From Cenococcum geophilum (lineage: Eukaryota), in the NCBI GenBank assembly GCA_050273025.1, contig CP158636.1, forward strand, positions 5,332,001 through 5,396,000: a stretch of 64,000 bases of DNA. The letters run 5' to 3'. Both the position numbers and the translations under genes were made by a program. Below are positions 48,791 to 63,327 of the stretch, in pieces. How positions within the stretch are numbered: the stretch's first letter is position 1; each line of letters begins with the position of its first letter. The notes below the pieces were generated by a model. It was not told the DNA's origin. It worked only from the letters and a program-made list of their open reading frames with translations, and did no database searches.

Positions 48791-49731
48791 TACGAGCTTT
48801 GTGGGAACGAAAGACGCCATAGGTCGTTAACCGAACTGGGATTGCTTACCCCAGGTATCCGTTAGACTAAACGCCATCCGCCGACCACACCCTCAGCCCA
48901 CTGTTCATGTGCGCAGCGCCGGCGGCGCCGCCGCCGCCATGGCTTTGCCCTAACCGTAATGGAGGTCTTTCATGCATGCAAAGAGTGCCATATTTACGGG
49001 GCTCGCATGGGGCTCGCTGGCAGATATATGTGCCATGCGCCGTCTCCGAACATATCGTCTTGTTGCACCCTGCTGGCTACATAATCGCCTTCGTGTCTCT
49101 AAAGCATACGAATAATTGTTAGTCGGGTAAGCGTTCAGACACCTCATCGATACATGACCGAGGTAGTACACTCCGACCCTGGCTTCGTCGTTTTCTGGTC
49201 CTTCTTGCTTGTACCACTTGATCCTAGCCTCCCTCCTCCCAATCCCAGGAATACAATCTCAGCTGCTGTCTTGCTGCTGTGTATCCTTATATTCTTCGGC
49301 TATCTCTTCGACGTGCTTCCGATCAATTCCACTATCCAAACTGAGCATCTGCACCCATTTTGGACTGGGCATAGCTGACTGCACGTTTCCTCGACAATTA
49401 ACTGCCGTCAAACGCCTATTCCGCATCGGCAGACAGAACCAGACTTGTACCCTAGTTCGCTCGTTTTCGTCCACGACAAGTACCTTCGTCCTCTCCTTTC
49501 TTCCGCATCATTACTAGGCTTTTTAGTCCCATGAGTTTATTACCCTGCGATGTTCAGCCGCTTGCAACAGCAAATTACGTTACCTGATTCTTGACGCTCT
49601 CTGTTGCTTAAGAATCCTGCTTCCACCTGTTTTCCACCTATTCGGATACCCTCGCAGGTTGTGCAAAACCAGGGGCAAATACCCTCATTTTCGAGTCTTC
49701 TTTAGCGCCTTCGCCCGTCACCATCGCCAAA

Positions 49732-51705
49732 ATGCCTTTCGACGCAAATCAAATGCGGGTCATCGAGCTCTCGGAAAGGACCATGTCCGTTTTCTCTCTA
49801 ATCGGCTCACTCTTTATCATCTCCACATTCATCGCCTTTCCATTCTTTCGAAAACCAATTAATAGACTTGTTTTCTACGCTTCCATTGGAAACATCCTCT
49901 GTAATATTGCAACCCTCATCTCGACCTCTGGTTTGGATGCTGGCGAATCAAGTTCTTTATGCCAATTTCAAGGAGTGCTAATTCAATGGTGAGTTGAAAA
50001 TTATAACAACTTCTTTGTATTTGTTAAATCTTGATTTTGTCGGACTCGAATTTTAATTAAATTCAGAAAAATCTAACTAAATATCGCTCCAGGTTCATTC
50101 CTGCAGATTCCCTGTGGACCTTCTGCATGGCGTTGAATGTCTACTTGACATTTTTCAAGAACTATGCTGCATCAAACCTCCGTAGTCTCGAGAAATGGTA
50201 CCTAATATTCTGCTACGGAGTACCGCTTGTACCAGCGTTAGTATATCTTCTCCTTGACGCAGGTGGTAGATACGGAATTTATGGCCCAGCAACAGTATGT
50301 ACCAATAGCCATATAGTTCCCCACCGTTATTTATTAACGATGATCTAGATCTGGTGCTGGGTTTCAGTGAAGTGGGATTGGATGCGAATCGCTTTTTTTT
50401 ATGGTCCTGTCTGGTGAGCATCCTACGTCTAAGTCTTGCATGAAGAGCTGCTAATAATTTTCTAGGATTGTTATTGGAGTTACAACAACTATCTACGTTA
50501 TAACGGGCAAGGACATATTCAAGCAACGTGCTGCGCTCCGTGCATTCTCCAAAAATCCCTCAATACCACTTCCTGTCATCGAAAACCCATTTACCGCTCC
50601 AAATTTAGCTGCAGTCACTAAAGTCACTGAAATTAGAGTCACCTCTGAGACGATTAGACCGGCGTCACTAGACATGATCACTAAATTGCCATCTTCGGAG
50701 AACGGCTCACGAAGCTCCTTCTCCAGCACTCGAAAGTTGGGCTCTCGGGGATCATTAATAAACCAAAACTCGTCCAAATATTCTCGCTACGAGAAGCCAG
50801 CCAATTGGCCTTATAATGCTCATATCACCGCTGACAAATCTCACATTCATGATCAAAATCCATCCACGAAATGCACCACAACTGTCACGGTAGGCAGTCC
50901 CGTTCAAGTGACGGAAGACGATTACAAGCTACGAAAGATGTCATCAGCCGGTCAAGCCGGTGTTCGACGGCGGAACAATGCGGCCATGGATGCGAATACG
51001 GCAGCTTGGGGCTACGCGAAGGTCGCAATGCTCATGTTTGTGGCGCTGTTCATCGTTTGGGTGAGTTTACCGATTTTTTTATTCCGCTATTATTTTATCC
51101 GTCTTGGCTTCACGCAAGTTTTAGCCTCAACGGTTCCCTGCGTTATTATTATAGAAAGGAATTGGCTTTACGAACGTTATTGCGGTTCTGTTCGGTACAG
51201 CCTGACCGAACAGACACATTTATTGGGGTGTCGGTGCGTGTACTAATGCGGATTGCAGGTGCCATCGACTGTCAATCGTGTCTACTCCCTTGTACATCCG
51301 GACAATCCTCTCTATGTACTCAACCTTATGTCAGCGCTCGTGCTTCCGTTACAAGGCTTTTGGAATGCGATGATCTACATCGCAACATCCTGGAGCCAGT
51401 GCGGGATAGCAGTTCGAGTAGTATTCGGCGCGCGGCGACGGCGGTTGGGTTCCCCAACATTCAGCAAAAAGATGACACAAGTACGGCAGCAGCATAATCT
51501 TCACCGCCAGAAGCGTCAGGACAGCACTGGCGAGATGAACACGCAGGATGCCATGGACATGGACTCTCACTTCGACCTCCAAGACTTCGATGTTGACACC
51601 GAGCATATGGTCATCAAGACGGTACCGCGCGAGCGCCAAGCCAGCGACCCCTTCAACAAGCACGACTCTACGATCGCGCTGCCATTGTCGCCGCGCAAGA
51701 GCTGA
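49732..51705 (+). CDS. cAMP-receptor-like G protein-coupled receptor, ~5 exons
   Basis: ERTMSVFSLIGS..FRKPINRLVFYAS, CQFQGVLIQW/F..ADSLW..CMALNVYLTF, YGPAT/IWCWV, YAKVAMLMF..VW/VPSTVNRVY, VLPLQGFWNAMIY; seven hydrophobic segments. Confidence 0.9.
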
Positions 51706-53335
51706 AGCCCGCTCCGCAGACGCTCAATTCTCTTACATCATCGCACAAACACAACCATATCGGTCACATCCCCTCCCTGCGGCGGCCCCCCTCGCACCTG
51801 CGTTGATCTGGCAGGCCGCCTGCACAAATCGTGCAGCCTCTGCCCTACACATACATACGCGGTGCGACCACGCCCGCCGCGGATCGCTGTGCTTCCTGTC
51901 CTACTGCCTCTAACGTCCGGCATCCGGCACCGCGCTGGACCCCGCCTTTCGTTACCGGCGGGTCGGGCCGAGCGCTTCCGTAATTGGTCTGCAGTTTCTT
52001 TCTGCAGAGCGGTTTGGGTGTGCGGTTGGGTTATGGTTTCGGATACGCGGAGATAATGGCTTGGCGCGCGGGCGTGTAGGACTAGTTTGGGTGGTCGGTT
52101 CCCATGCGAGGGGTGCTCGCGATGTCGGCCAGGCTGCCAGAAGTAGCTCGGGAGGAGACAACGGGATTTATATCAACTATGTCACTTCCCGGACTTTTTG
52201 TGGAGACTGCTGTGGTGACTCTTTTGCGTGACGTGAATGCACGCTGTGAGATTAGAGCTGTGGTGCTGATGTGAATGATAGACTGGTTACGTCTGGACCT
52301 GCGCCACGCTTTAGTGCTGTTTGGAGCTGGGAGGCGGATGGGGACGGCTGCATTTATGCTGATTTGGCAGGGGTTAGGACTGCGATGATATTGCGGGACG
52401 ATGGGAGGGATTCGTGCGGTATGAGGTTATATAACGATCCTTATGCGGCTGAGCTTTCCTGTCTGCAGCAACGAAGCTAAGCAGAAAGGCTAACAGTAAT
52501 GGCGGTTTCTGCTCTGGGCTGTTGCAGAAGAATAGCTAGAGCACACTTGAGTACATCGCGTTCTTCTAGCCCCCCTAGGTCTCTAGTATACCGCTGGAAG
52601 ATTAATTTGGTAAGCTTGCGACAACCTAAGACGCAAACATAACTAAAGCTGATATATCATCTCTTATGTGAAGAAAGCACAAAGAAAGCATTGCTTACTC
52701 GAGGACAAGTTTTACGGTTATGTTGAGCTTTACTTCCATTACAGTCGTCGTTAAACCAGCGCAACCTCTGGGTAATCAACCCTGAAGTATTCTATGCGCC
52801 TTTGAGCATCTACTCAGCTCTTAGTGTCCCACCTGTGCACTTGCGGATGGCTTCAGATACTTAAGAGAACTCTGAAAGTCCCGTTTAGGTTTAGTTCTGA
52901 ATTACTTCAGATGTTGATGGAAAATTCGCATAGCTTTAGAGTATAACCATGGGGAGCAGATTGCAGAGAGCATAAAAATCATAATTCCGATGATCAGTAA
53001 TAAGATGTGAACGCGATGTCTTCCTGGATCTCAGAGAATAAACCCGCACAGTTCAGGTATTTGAAACCCTAACCTCCCGAAAGGCCCACAACGCCTTCAA
53101 CGCTCAGCCGTGCTCTCCCGAAGCATTTTCAAAATCAAAGAACGCATCCATCTGACTGTCCTGCCGGTTCGTGTTCTCTAGCTCACTTTTATTCCCTCCG
53201 CTGCCGTCGACGATGCACCGCTCGGCCCCATCTCCCCGTTTCGGGTTCATCGCCAGCGTTGCTGTCGAAGCTAAAATTTCTGGTCAGCGACATCCGCCAA
53301 GACGACAATGTGATGCGCGGGGGATTCCTCTTATT

Positions 53336-54367
<1,032 letters not shown>

Positions 54368-55595
54368 TATTGCAGGTATGTGTCGGCCACCACCCAAGTT
54401 CCTAACGCTTATAGAAGAGTCCGTTCGGTCGTCAAGAGAGAGAGTCCTAACGTGCGTAGGCCTGAGCTTTCCAGGAGGTGGCCGGCAGGTGTACTTGGGG
54501 TCCCAAAGGATTGCGCTCGCAGTGGTGAGTTGGTTGGCGATGGCAAGCGGTGATGGAGGGGTTGTGTTGGGCGACGGGCGGCTGGTTGGGGGGGCCGTTT
54601 TGGCGGCGAAAGTTTATTTATAAGGGACGGTCTTCCCTCTGCTACTGCTGGGACAGTAGGCGGAAGGGAAGGCGGGTATTTATTCCTGGTGTGGTACTAC
54701 CTTTGTGTTCTTGTCCGCTTTCGACTCACTGTTTCGTTTGGAGTGGGGCTAATTCGCGGCGGCTCGTTGGCGCCTGGACGGACCTGAACTCCATGCGCCT
54801 ATCGTGAGCCTCCGTTCATCTCTGTATTATTTTTGGCTTCTCCGTAACTCCTTTGGACAATGCAACCATCAAATCTCATTTCCCATCATTTCCAAGATGC
54901 AATAGCACAACTGCGCCCGTTATGGGCCTTTATTTTCTGGCTTCAGCTTGACTGGACACTCTGTCCCTTCGTGGCCAATGCGCTGCTGAGAAAGGCGTCT
55001 ACACGAGGAGCCCATTCGTGAAGTCCTTACCATACCATATGGTTTGTGAATGAGCATCCTAAGTGCTCCACAATCTAATTTACAGGACACTTGTGTATTT
55101 CCCTAAAGTCTCTAAAGTCATTCACGAGGACACAACTAAACCACCGAAATTCGTGCGCGCTTCAGCAGCATATAGGATACTTCTCGGCCAGCAATGCCCT
55201 CCGCAGGGGAGCCCGGTCCATTTCAGATGGAACTGTGACGGTTCACGTTTTTGGGTGAGCGTCGACAAACATGTCTTTTGCTCCTGCCAATTCAACCACA
55301 TCGATTTCTTTCCAGAGTGACTTCCCAGCGTCTTGTCACCTTTGAATTAACAGGTTCTACCATGTTAAAGGCAAGAGCCATCATCCAATGCATTGTCTCT
55401 GGCGCAACAGCGCCTGGAAGGCCTTTGGAAGATGGTCTCCTCACACCCTTCATCTTCTTCATGCAATAAACGGCTCTATGTCAGTATTCTAGTTTCGCCG
55501 CTCGTTTCTCGAAAATTCTTACTTTTGTATCCGTTCGCCCTTCCAAGGCCTGATATTTTCCATACTGCGTTCACAATCGTTCAAGATATTCTGCA

Positions 55596-57104
55596 ATGGC
55601 TTCCGGAGGACGAAGTCGCACCAGTAACATGGACGAGGCGCACCCCTCTATAAATCACTCTAGAGACCGAGTTTCTCCGACAAAGATATACAACCCGAAC
55701 TTGCAGACGAAGACTACGAACCCAGTGACGAATCAATGTGCGATGCTTCTGAGTCTCAGCTTACACTAGCACGAATGAAAATAATCACTCAAATGAGTCT
55801 CCTGCAACAGCTTAAGGTCGCACAGTTTCGAGGAAGCGAAGACTAGTATGTGCAAATCTGGAAGCCCAAACTGGAATTATCGCCCGTAGGGCCGAACGTA
55901 ATCGCTCAACCCAGTCGTCTATAACGATTCGAGATCGTATACACTTGAAGAGCGAGCTTGTATATAACGATCCGGAGGTAGATACTGAAACCGTGAGGCC
56001 CAGACACGATTTTGATCAATATTGTATGGACCTTCACGAGGCGCTTTCTACCTCTCCAGAGGATGCTACCGAAAGCCAAAGGGCTTCCCAGTTGATTGAG
56101 CTGAGCGCTCAGCCCACCCCAAACATGCGCGGTGGCGCACACAGTGAAATGCGCCAGAAGGTCAGAGAGTGGCTAGCTCGCCACAGGCAAAAGCTGAAAC
56201 TGAACAAAAAACTTGAAGGGCAACCTCAAGGTATCCAAGTCGGACAGAGGACTCAAGATGGAGGTGAAATCATAATGCTCGACCTGAACCATGCTAATGC
56301 CTTCCAAGGCAATACAGAGCTGGTAAGGGGTACGTTTGTGGCTTCAGCCCGCCTGTAGGATGGACTAACAATCGATAATCAAGAGGGTACTGTGACTAAT
56401 ATTCAAAATGAAACATCTGGTGGCGATGAGAGGGCATCTAATAATCAAGAAACGCCTCGTGGTAATCCAGAGGAAGCCCGAAAACAGTTTTGATAGACTT
56501 TAGGACAGTCTTGGAAAACCAGGGACGAGCCAGGATAAGCCAGAGGAAAATCCTGACGACCAAAACTGCAAGAGGAGCCCCGGTAATCTATGGCTGTCGA
56601 TTGATCATCAAAGCGAGTCTCTCCTCAATCGATACATTAGGATAAAGGGGATAAAGCGTCGTGTGAACGATCTCTCCCTAAATGTCTACGAAATAGAGAC
56701 TTTCTACAGGATTTAAAAAGTCTCGTCAAAAAGTTGGATGAGCACATCCAGTTCTATCGTCTTCGCCCTGCTAGTGAGTACTCGGCCCTAACCTATGCGA
56801 GATGGGCTGAATTTGATGGAAATCAGGTTCCGTTAATGGGCCGAATTCGCATTCACATGGCACTGATAATAAATGATAGAGCCTCTCTCTGAAGGCGACG
56901 ATAGTACAGATCCAAATCTGGAATTAGAGGAAGATAAGAAACTACAGGAAAGCTGAGCATCAAGCGGAAGTGGGCCCACAGAGAGAAGCAGAGCCACAAG
57001 GAAACGTAGAGCCACAAGGAAACGCAGAGCCACACGGAGAGGCAGATCAACAGGGAAACACGGAGTCACAGGAAGGAGATCCCCAGTGGAAGGAGATTGG
57101 GTAG
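55596..57104 (+). pseudogene. Degenerate or orphan multi-exon gene with an 18-bp (EPQGNA-like) repeat near its end
   Basis: Protein-like acidic frames in shifting phases, intron-like signals at ~56330-56382 and ~56775-56826, and GAGCCACAAGGAAACGC/TA repeats at ~56990-57035. No recognisable domain. Confidence 0.35.
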
Positions 57105-58205
57105 TGTGTACTTATGTTATTTAGCATTTCTTTGTAGCATAGAGTAGTATCATGGTGTCGTTTTCCGAGGTTTACTATTTTACTAATTTCAAGAGAGCCG
57201 GGAAACGCTACCCAGCATTTAATCTTATATCTACAAAGTGATGCCAAGACCTAAAGTCAAACACAGGCCCCTTTGGCACGTTCGGGAATTCTCCTCCTCG
57301 ATTCACTGCTGCTCGCGTACCTACTCTGCGTAATACGTGCTGAAGCCATAGGCTTTACAGATATTTGCTGGACTGAGAACCTACTAGAATTAAAGATTAG
57401 AGTGCCTCCGGAAGCCGATAGCTTGTTAAGCGTAGCTGCGGTCCGGAAATATAGTAAATTAAACTCCTCGATATTATTGGAGGCAATGTTTCAGATAGGC
57501 GTAGGGCTGAATTATGCCGATACCTACTTCAATCATTATCTATATGCTATAAAGCATCCTCAAAACTTCTTTTATTTCAATCTGGACCTCTTAAAGGATG
57601 ATTTCTCGTATTAAGGCCGCCCGTTCGATATCGAGGGACACAGCGTTTCTGATAGGCGTATGGCCAGGGAATCCTTGCGCGACATGCATATCGTCAGCCA
57701 CTCCCGTAGCCTTATACTACATCTGAAAGCCCCTTTGCAGAAGTTTAAAGTCAATATTGATGACTATTGTCTGCAGGTTTGCTGTTAGCAGATTATTCGC
57801 CCAAAAAAGTAAACTCTATCAATTGTCGTGAGCTGCAGACACGTGAAATTCGGAGGTCTACCGAAATGGCGGGGGCGGAAAGTTTGTGGGCGTTGAGGTC
57901 GGAGCATGCGAACAAATATCGACAAAGACGAGCAACATTCTCTTCAGCCTCATCACTACACGACAAGCATCAATCGTGCCGCAAAGAGTTCGTCTGATTG
58001 CTCTTGAGTAGCAATGCAAAAGAGGCAGACGGAACCCGCCCTTGACCGCCACCTCACGAGACTACCCGATTGAATACAGCCGTGCAAGGCAACGAATCAA
58101 CGAGGCTTGAAGCTTGACAACCTCCAACTCAACGACTCCTTACTTCGTTCCTCTCATTACACGATCCATTTTTAAAGCCTTCATAGACTTCTTCTCAAAG
58201 CCAAG

Positions 58206-61200
58206 ATGAAGAAGGACTCGAAATTAATCAACACTGTCTACGACCGCGTGCTCCAGCGGGAGCTTGGGAACGAGAGGCGATACTCCAAAGTGCGAGGCAT
58301 ATACGGTGATAGGAAATGGATTGATAATTTGGACATTGTGAACGAACTCGCTGGCCACTCGGGATGCGTTAACGCTTTGAGGTTGGTTTTTGATTTCGAA
58401 GCTGGCAATTCTTTCCTATGCGAGGCTACCCTACTAACACATAATCTTCAGTTGGTCTCGTTCAGGTCGACTGCTTGCTTCTGGTTCCGATGACCAGCAT
58501 GTTAACATTCACTCATACCTTCCAGAGTCGTCCTCATCGCAATTCAGTCTCGCAACCACGATCCTTACTGGACACGTTCAAAATATCTTCTCTGTGAAGT
58601 TTATGCCTTATTCAAATGACCACACCATAGTAACGGTAGCTGGAGATGCAGAAGTAAGAGTCTTTGATATTGAGTACTCAGGCCGCTCAATATCAGGCTC
58701 GTCATCTACCACAAACGCGAGACCATCCGAATTAGGGCTGCATAATTTTAGTGATGGGGTTCGAGTACTGAGCGATGGAGACACCAATTCGAAGGTCTTT
58801 CGATCACACAGTGACAGAGTCAAGAGAATTGTTACGGAATCATCCCCATTCTTTTTCTTGACGTGCTCGGAGGATGGGGAGGTAAGGCAATGGGACACTC
58901 GCCAGCCATCGTCATTCTACCCCCCTCCTAGAGAGGTCCCGCGATGGGCGTCTGCATCCTCGGCTTCGGATAATGTCCCGCCGCCACTCATTTCATATAA
59001 ACGATACCACTTAGACCTCAACACAATCTCATGTTCTCCCAGCCAGCCTCACTACATTGCCCTAGGCGGTGCGCATCTACACTGTTTCCTCCATGACAGA
59101 CGCATGCTTGGCAGGGATAAGCTGGCCGAGAGAGGAGCTATGCTTGGATCACCTAGTCAATGGGATGACCGTGATGATGAGCTGATGGGGCAAGCTACGC
59201 AATGTGTCCGGAAATTCGCTCCAAACGGACAAAGAAGGATGAAACGAACCGACAATGGACACATTACGGCCTGCAAGATCAGTGATGCGAATCCTAATGA
59301 GATGATTGTCAGTTGGTCAGGAGAATGGATTTATAGCTTTGACCTGTTACGTAGCCCGGATGCCAAAGATCAAGGCGAGGAACCTAGGTATAGGCTAGCC
59401 AAGGAGAAATCATTAAGAGCCAGGGAGTCCAAAGCTCGGAAACGCAAAAGACAAAAGTCCGGTTCGATGGTCTCTCATGAAGGTCTTCAACGAGGGAGCT
59501 CACGGCAACGAACCGAAAGTACTCAAGACTCGGAGCACGACGAAATGGCCCTGATGGTCCATTTCGGGAATGGACAAAGCGAGGAAATTCCAATTGAGCC
59601 AACTAGACCACGTAGTCCACATCTAGAGGTAAGGGAACCTGCACTTCCAGAGTCAGAGCGACAAAGCCACCGCATTGGGAGAGACACAGTAAAGATACGG
59701 ACGAATATCTTTACGCTTAAAGAGGCTAAGAAAACCTCGGAAACTGATCCAACTGGCCATGCTTCGTCTTTCACGTCAGTTATTGGCTTGGCTGCATCGA
59801 TTTTGCCAGAGATGGACGAGATTATGCGGACATGGCGCTATCCCGTTAACCCTCACGCAATGGATGTAGAATTCCAGAATGGACTGCGAGATAATCGTGC
59901 AGTAGTTCGACGCTTTGTGCAGGCCTCGGGAACGCTAGCACGAGTGTTGGGGGGCAGATTACGTACAGCTGGTTCGGGTGGTGCTCTCATCTCAAAGTAT
60001 TTTACTTCCATACACCCAGCACCTAATGAGAGGCCGACGATCTCCAAGCATGAGCAGTTTGGATACGATTTTCTAAAGGCTATCTTGCTTTGGCTTGATA
60101 GTGGTGTTGGAGCGCTCTTAGAGGGTTTCTCTATTTCATCAAGGACTAACCCTCGCTTCCCAATCGAAGAGAACGCGAGTGTCGATGTGGTAGATGATGT
60201 ACTCATTCCATACCTTCTTCAATTGGCCAGCGATGATCCAGTTGTCAATGTTGATGCTTCGAGGCTTGAAGTTAACGAAAATCGTTGGACATTCGCATCG
60301 GAGAAAGCTGCCGTTCTGTCTTTTGCACAAGCGCTCAAGATACCTTTTGCTGATCTCTCGAGTGCTGTGGTTTTGGCCTCGCCTGCTGAGGGTGGCGCGG
60401 CGTCGGCTAGCCATATTCATGCACAAGATCGTCGTACAGCGCTCAAGTTCTGGGCGTTCAAAGTAGGCAGAGGTGTGCTGATGAATGCGGGCAAGGGTAT
60501 TAATTACAGATTCGCGGCTCGTGCGTTTGGCGGGCAAGGGAGGCCGGATGCGAATATTAGGGCTGAAGAATCGGCATTAAGGGCTCGGCAAGAGGATGTT
60601 GACCCAGATGAAGAGGAGGACGTGGTGGTGAATGCTGAGATAGTCGGTAGGCTTTGGGCTGAAGAGAGTGGGGAAGGGGGATCTTCGCAGCAACAGCAGC
60701 CAGCGGAAGGGAACGAGAGTGCCAATCCCAGCAATGCGGCCGAACAGACAACAGCTGCCTCTGACGACAGTGATTCAGATGGTGACCTCGATATTGACGA
60801 GGACGACGATGGTGACGATGACGATGAGACGGATGAAGACGAAGAGCAGAGCGGACGGTTCATCTGGCGCTCGGCCTTCGAGAGACGCAAACTTCGTGAG
60901 CGAGTCGAGATGGATGTGCCTTGTTCCCCGCATATGAATGTTTATCGCGGACACTGTAACGTCAAGACAGTGAAAGATGTCAATTTCTTTGGCTTGCAGG
61001 ACGAATATGTGGTTAGCGGCAGCGATTCGGGCCACATCTTCATCTGGGATAGAAAGTCCTCGCTGCTACTTAACATTCTAGAAGGCGATGGGGAAGTTGT
61101 CAACGTTGTACAGGGTATAACACAATTCCTTCGCATAAAATCAACTGAAGTCGGTTAACCAATGTCTAGGTCATCCCTACGAGCCGATGCTGGCCGTCTC

Positions 61201-61795
61201 TGGTATCGATCATACTATCAAGATATTCTCCCCTGATGCCCGCGCGAGGTATAACGCACGCAATGGGATAGGCATTCGCCCGGCTGATCCCACTACCTTC
61301 TCCTCACTCGGTTTCGGCCGTTCGAGACGGAGGCATGTGCCTTCTGTTCCAACATCTGAGCCCGCTGTGCCGAGAAATACGGGAGAAGAAAGTGACGATG
61401 AGGATGCTGAGTCGAAGATTGCGGTGAACGGGTTAACTAGTAAAAAGTGTATGCATCTCGAGTATCAGATTACGAGCCAGAACGATGTTGATCGCAGAGG
61501 GGGGAATCGCGAGGCGTTTATAACTGTAAGTTGCATATCCTAACTCCTCTCTCGCGACGTCGCGGTAAGAGAAAATTCACTACTCTAGGGCTCCGACTAA
61601 TGCGAGGACTATCTTATTGTAGAGGTCAATGCTAGCACAGTTGGCCCAGCGAATTCACGACCGTGTCGGCGAGGAAGACGGTGATGGGGAGGGGACTGGC
61701 CCAGTTCTTATTAGTGATGACTGCACGGTGCGTAGATCTCCCTCTTCCTTCATATCGCCGTACTACAAGACTGACTGAGATGATAGGTCATGTGA
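58206..61795 (+). CDS. DCAF6/DCAF8-like WD40-repeat protein, 5 exons
   Basis: GHSGCVNAL/SWSRSGRLLASGSDD, GHVQNIFSVKF, HSDRVKRI..TCSEDGEVRQWD, YRGHCNVKTVKDVNFFG..VVSGSDSGHIFIWD, GDGEVVNVVQ/GHPYEPMLAVSGIDHTIKIF. Confidence 0.92.
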
Positions 61796-62267
61796 CGAAA
61801 TCTTACGATTCTAGCCTTCAAAATTTTCCTGATTAGGGAATACATTTGGAATTGGGCAGCACCGCATGAGAAATTGCCGCGGCTGGAAGGCGCAACTTGG
61901 CTTACATGATTTGGGAATTGAATGAATGAACTAATGCATGGATGTATAAATTATAAGGAGACCGATCAAGAGCACAGTCTATAATCATACTGTTTTGGGC
62001 CACTTGGGCAGAAGTTTCTTGAACGCTGAGACCAAGATATGCAGGGTCAACATTTTAATCGCACGCGAGCTACAATAGTTCGTAATCCGACTCAATTGCG
62101 TTGACCAAACATACACCATACATGCTTTTCCGAGCCCTAACCTCGTACGTGGTATTACATCTACTTATTCCCCAGTACACCCCCGCCACGCGCCGACACC
62201 CACTAATTCTCCCTAAACCCCTAGTACACGCGTCCCTTCAAACAGGATATTTTCTGAACAGAGATAA

Positions 62268-62732
62268 CTAGTTCGCCTTCTTTGCCTTCGCTTTCAGTGC
62301 TTTCCGCCTGTTGCTCCGGATCATGACGACGGAGAGGAAACTGCCGACGACGGTGCTGAAGAGGAGGATCAGGATTACGGGAATACGGATGGCCCAGACG
62401 CGCGGCGGGAAGAGGCTGTGGAGAGACTGGTCTTCATCGACGAAGGGCTAGTTGGGTATTATTAGCGGTAGATCTGGGAGTTTTGGGGCAAAGGCAAGAA
62501 AAGGAAAGGTAATGTGATGAAATACGGCGGGGGGAGACGGGAGCGAGGAGAGAGAGGTATTTAGAATAGATTGGAATGTACCATAAGTAGGGTCCAAATG
62601 GTGTAGTAGAGGAAGACGGCGGATGCTGCGATGAGCATTGCGAGGCCAACGAGGCGGTCCAGCTGGTGAATTTTGTTAGTCATTTATTTTCGAATTTGCA
62701 GAGCGGAATTTTGGGTGTATGGAACTCACCAT
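62268..62732 (-). CDS. DPM2: Dolichol-phosphate mannosyltransferase regulatory subunit 2, 3 exons
   Basis: M/LDRLVGLAMLIAASAVFLYYTIWTLLM/PFVDEDQSLHSLFPPRVWAIRIPVILILL...KAKAKKAN; ATG-only first exon. Confidence 0.92.
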
Positions 62733-63327
62733 TGTGAGGTATTTTGCTAAGGGCGAAGCGAACGGAATATATAAAATCGAGGCTAGAGAACGTGCTATTG
62801 TTTTGGTGGCTATGTTACTCTGGCCATTTTGGTGATGGTGTTGAGGACGGGTAGGGGTCTCGGAGGTTTGAGTTTCGCCGTGCTTGGCGTGCCCGGGCTG
62901 CTTCTTCAAACTTTAAACTTCGTGTTGTACCCTGACTTCACGAGTATTCTAGGTCGCGAGCTTCGAAGCTCCCTTACTTCGCGCTGGTGTTTATGAACCC
63001 GGTCGCCACTATTTTCTTCTTTAGTTTGTTCCTATTCAGAAATCTCTTGACACTCCTGCTATCCAGCCACGCGTTCTGCATACCTACTTAGAACTTTTGC
63101 CAGACTGCTAACTAGCAAACATCGTGACGCCCGCTCTCACTCCAAGGTCACGACGTCCCCCAGCGGCCATCAAGACAGCTTGTACCCTCGACTATCTCAG
63201 AGCTTCCACCGCTGCGACTGAGCTCTAAAACCTCCGGACTCTTCTCGCCGCCACCTACCCCCGAGCGCTTAGCGCACTAACCACCTTACCACGACGCCTT
63301 CAAATTAGCTCTCTACTCCAATAACTT

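Noticed and set aside
57273..57614. 113-aa ORF in a TpA-rich patch
   Set aside because: No ATG start or recognisable motif; may be a RIPed fragment but cannot be assigned.
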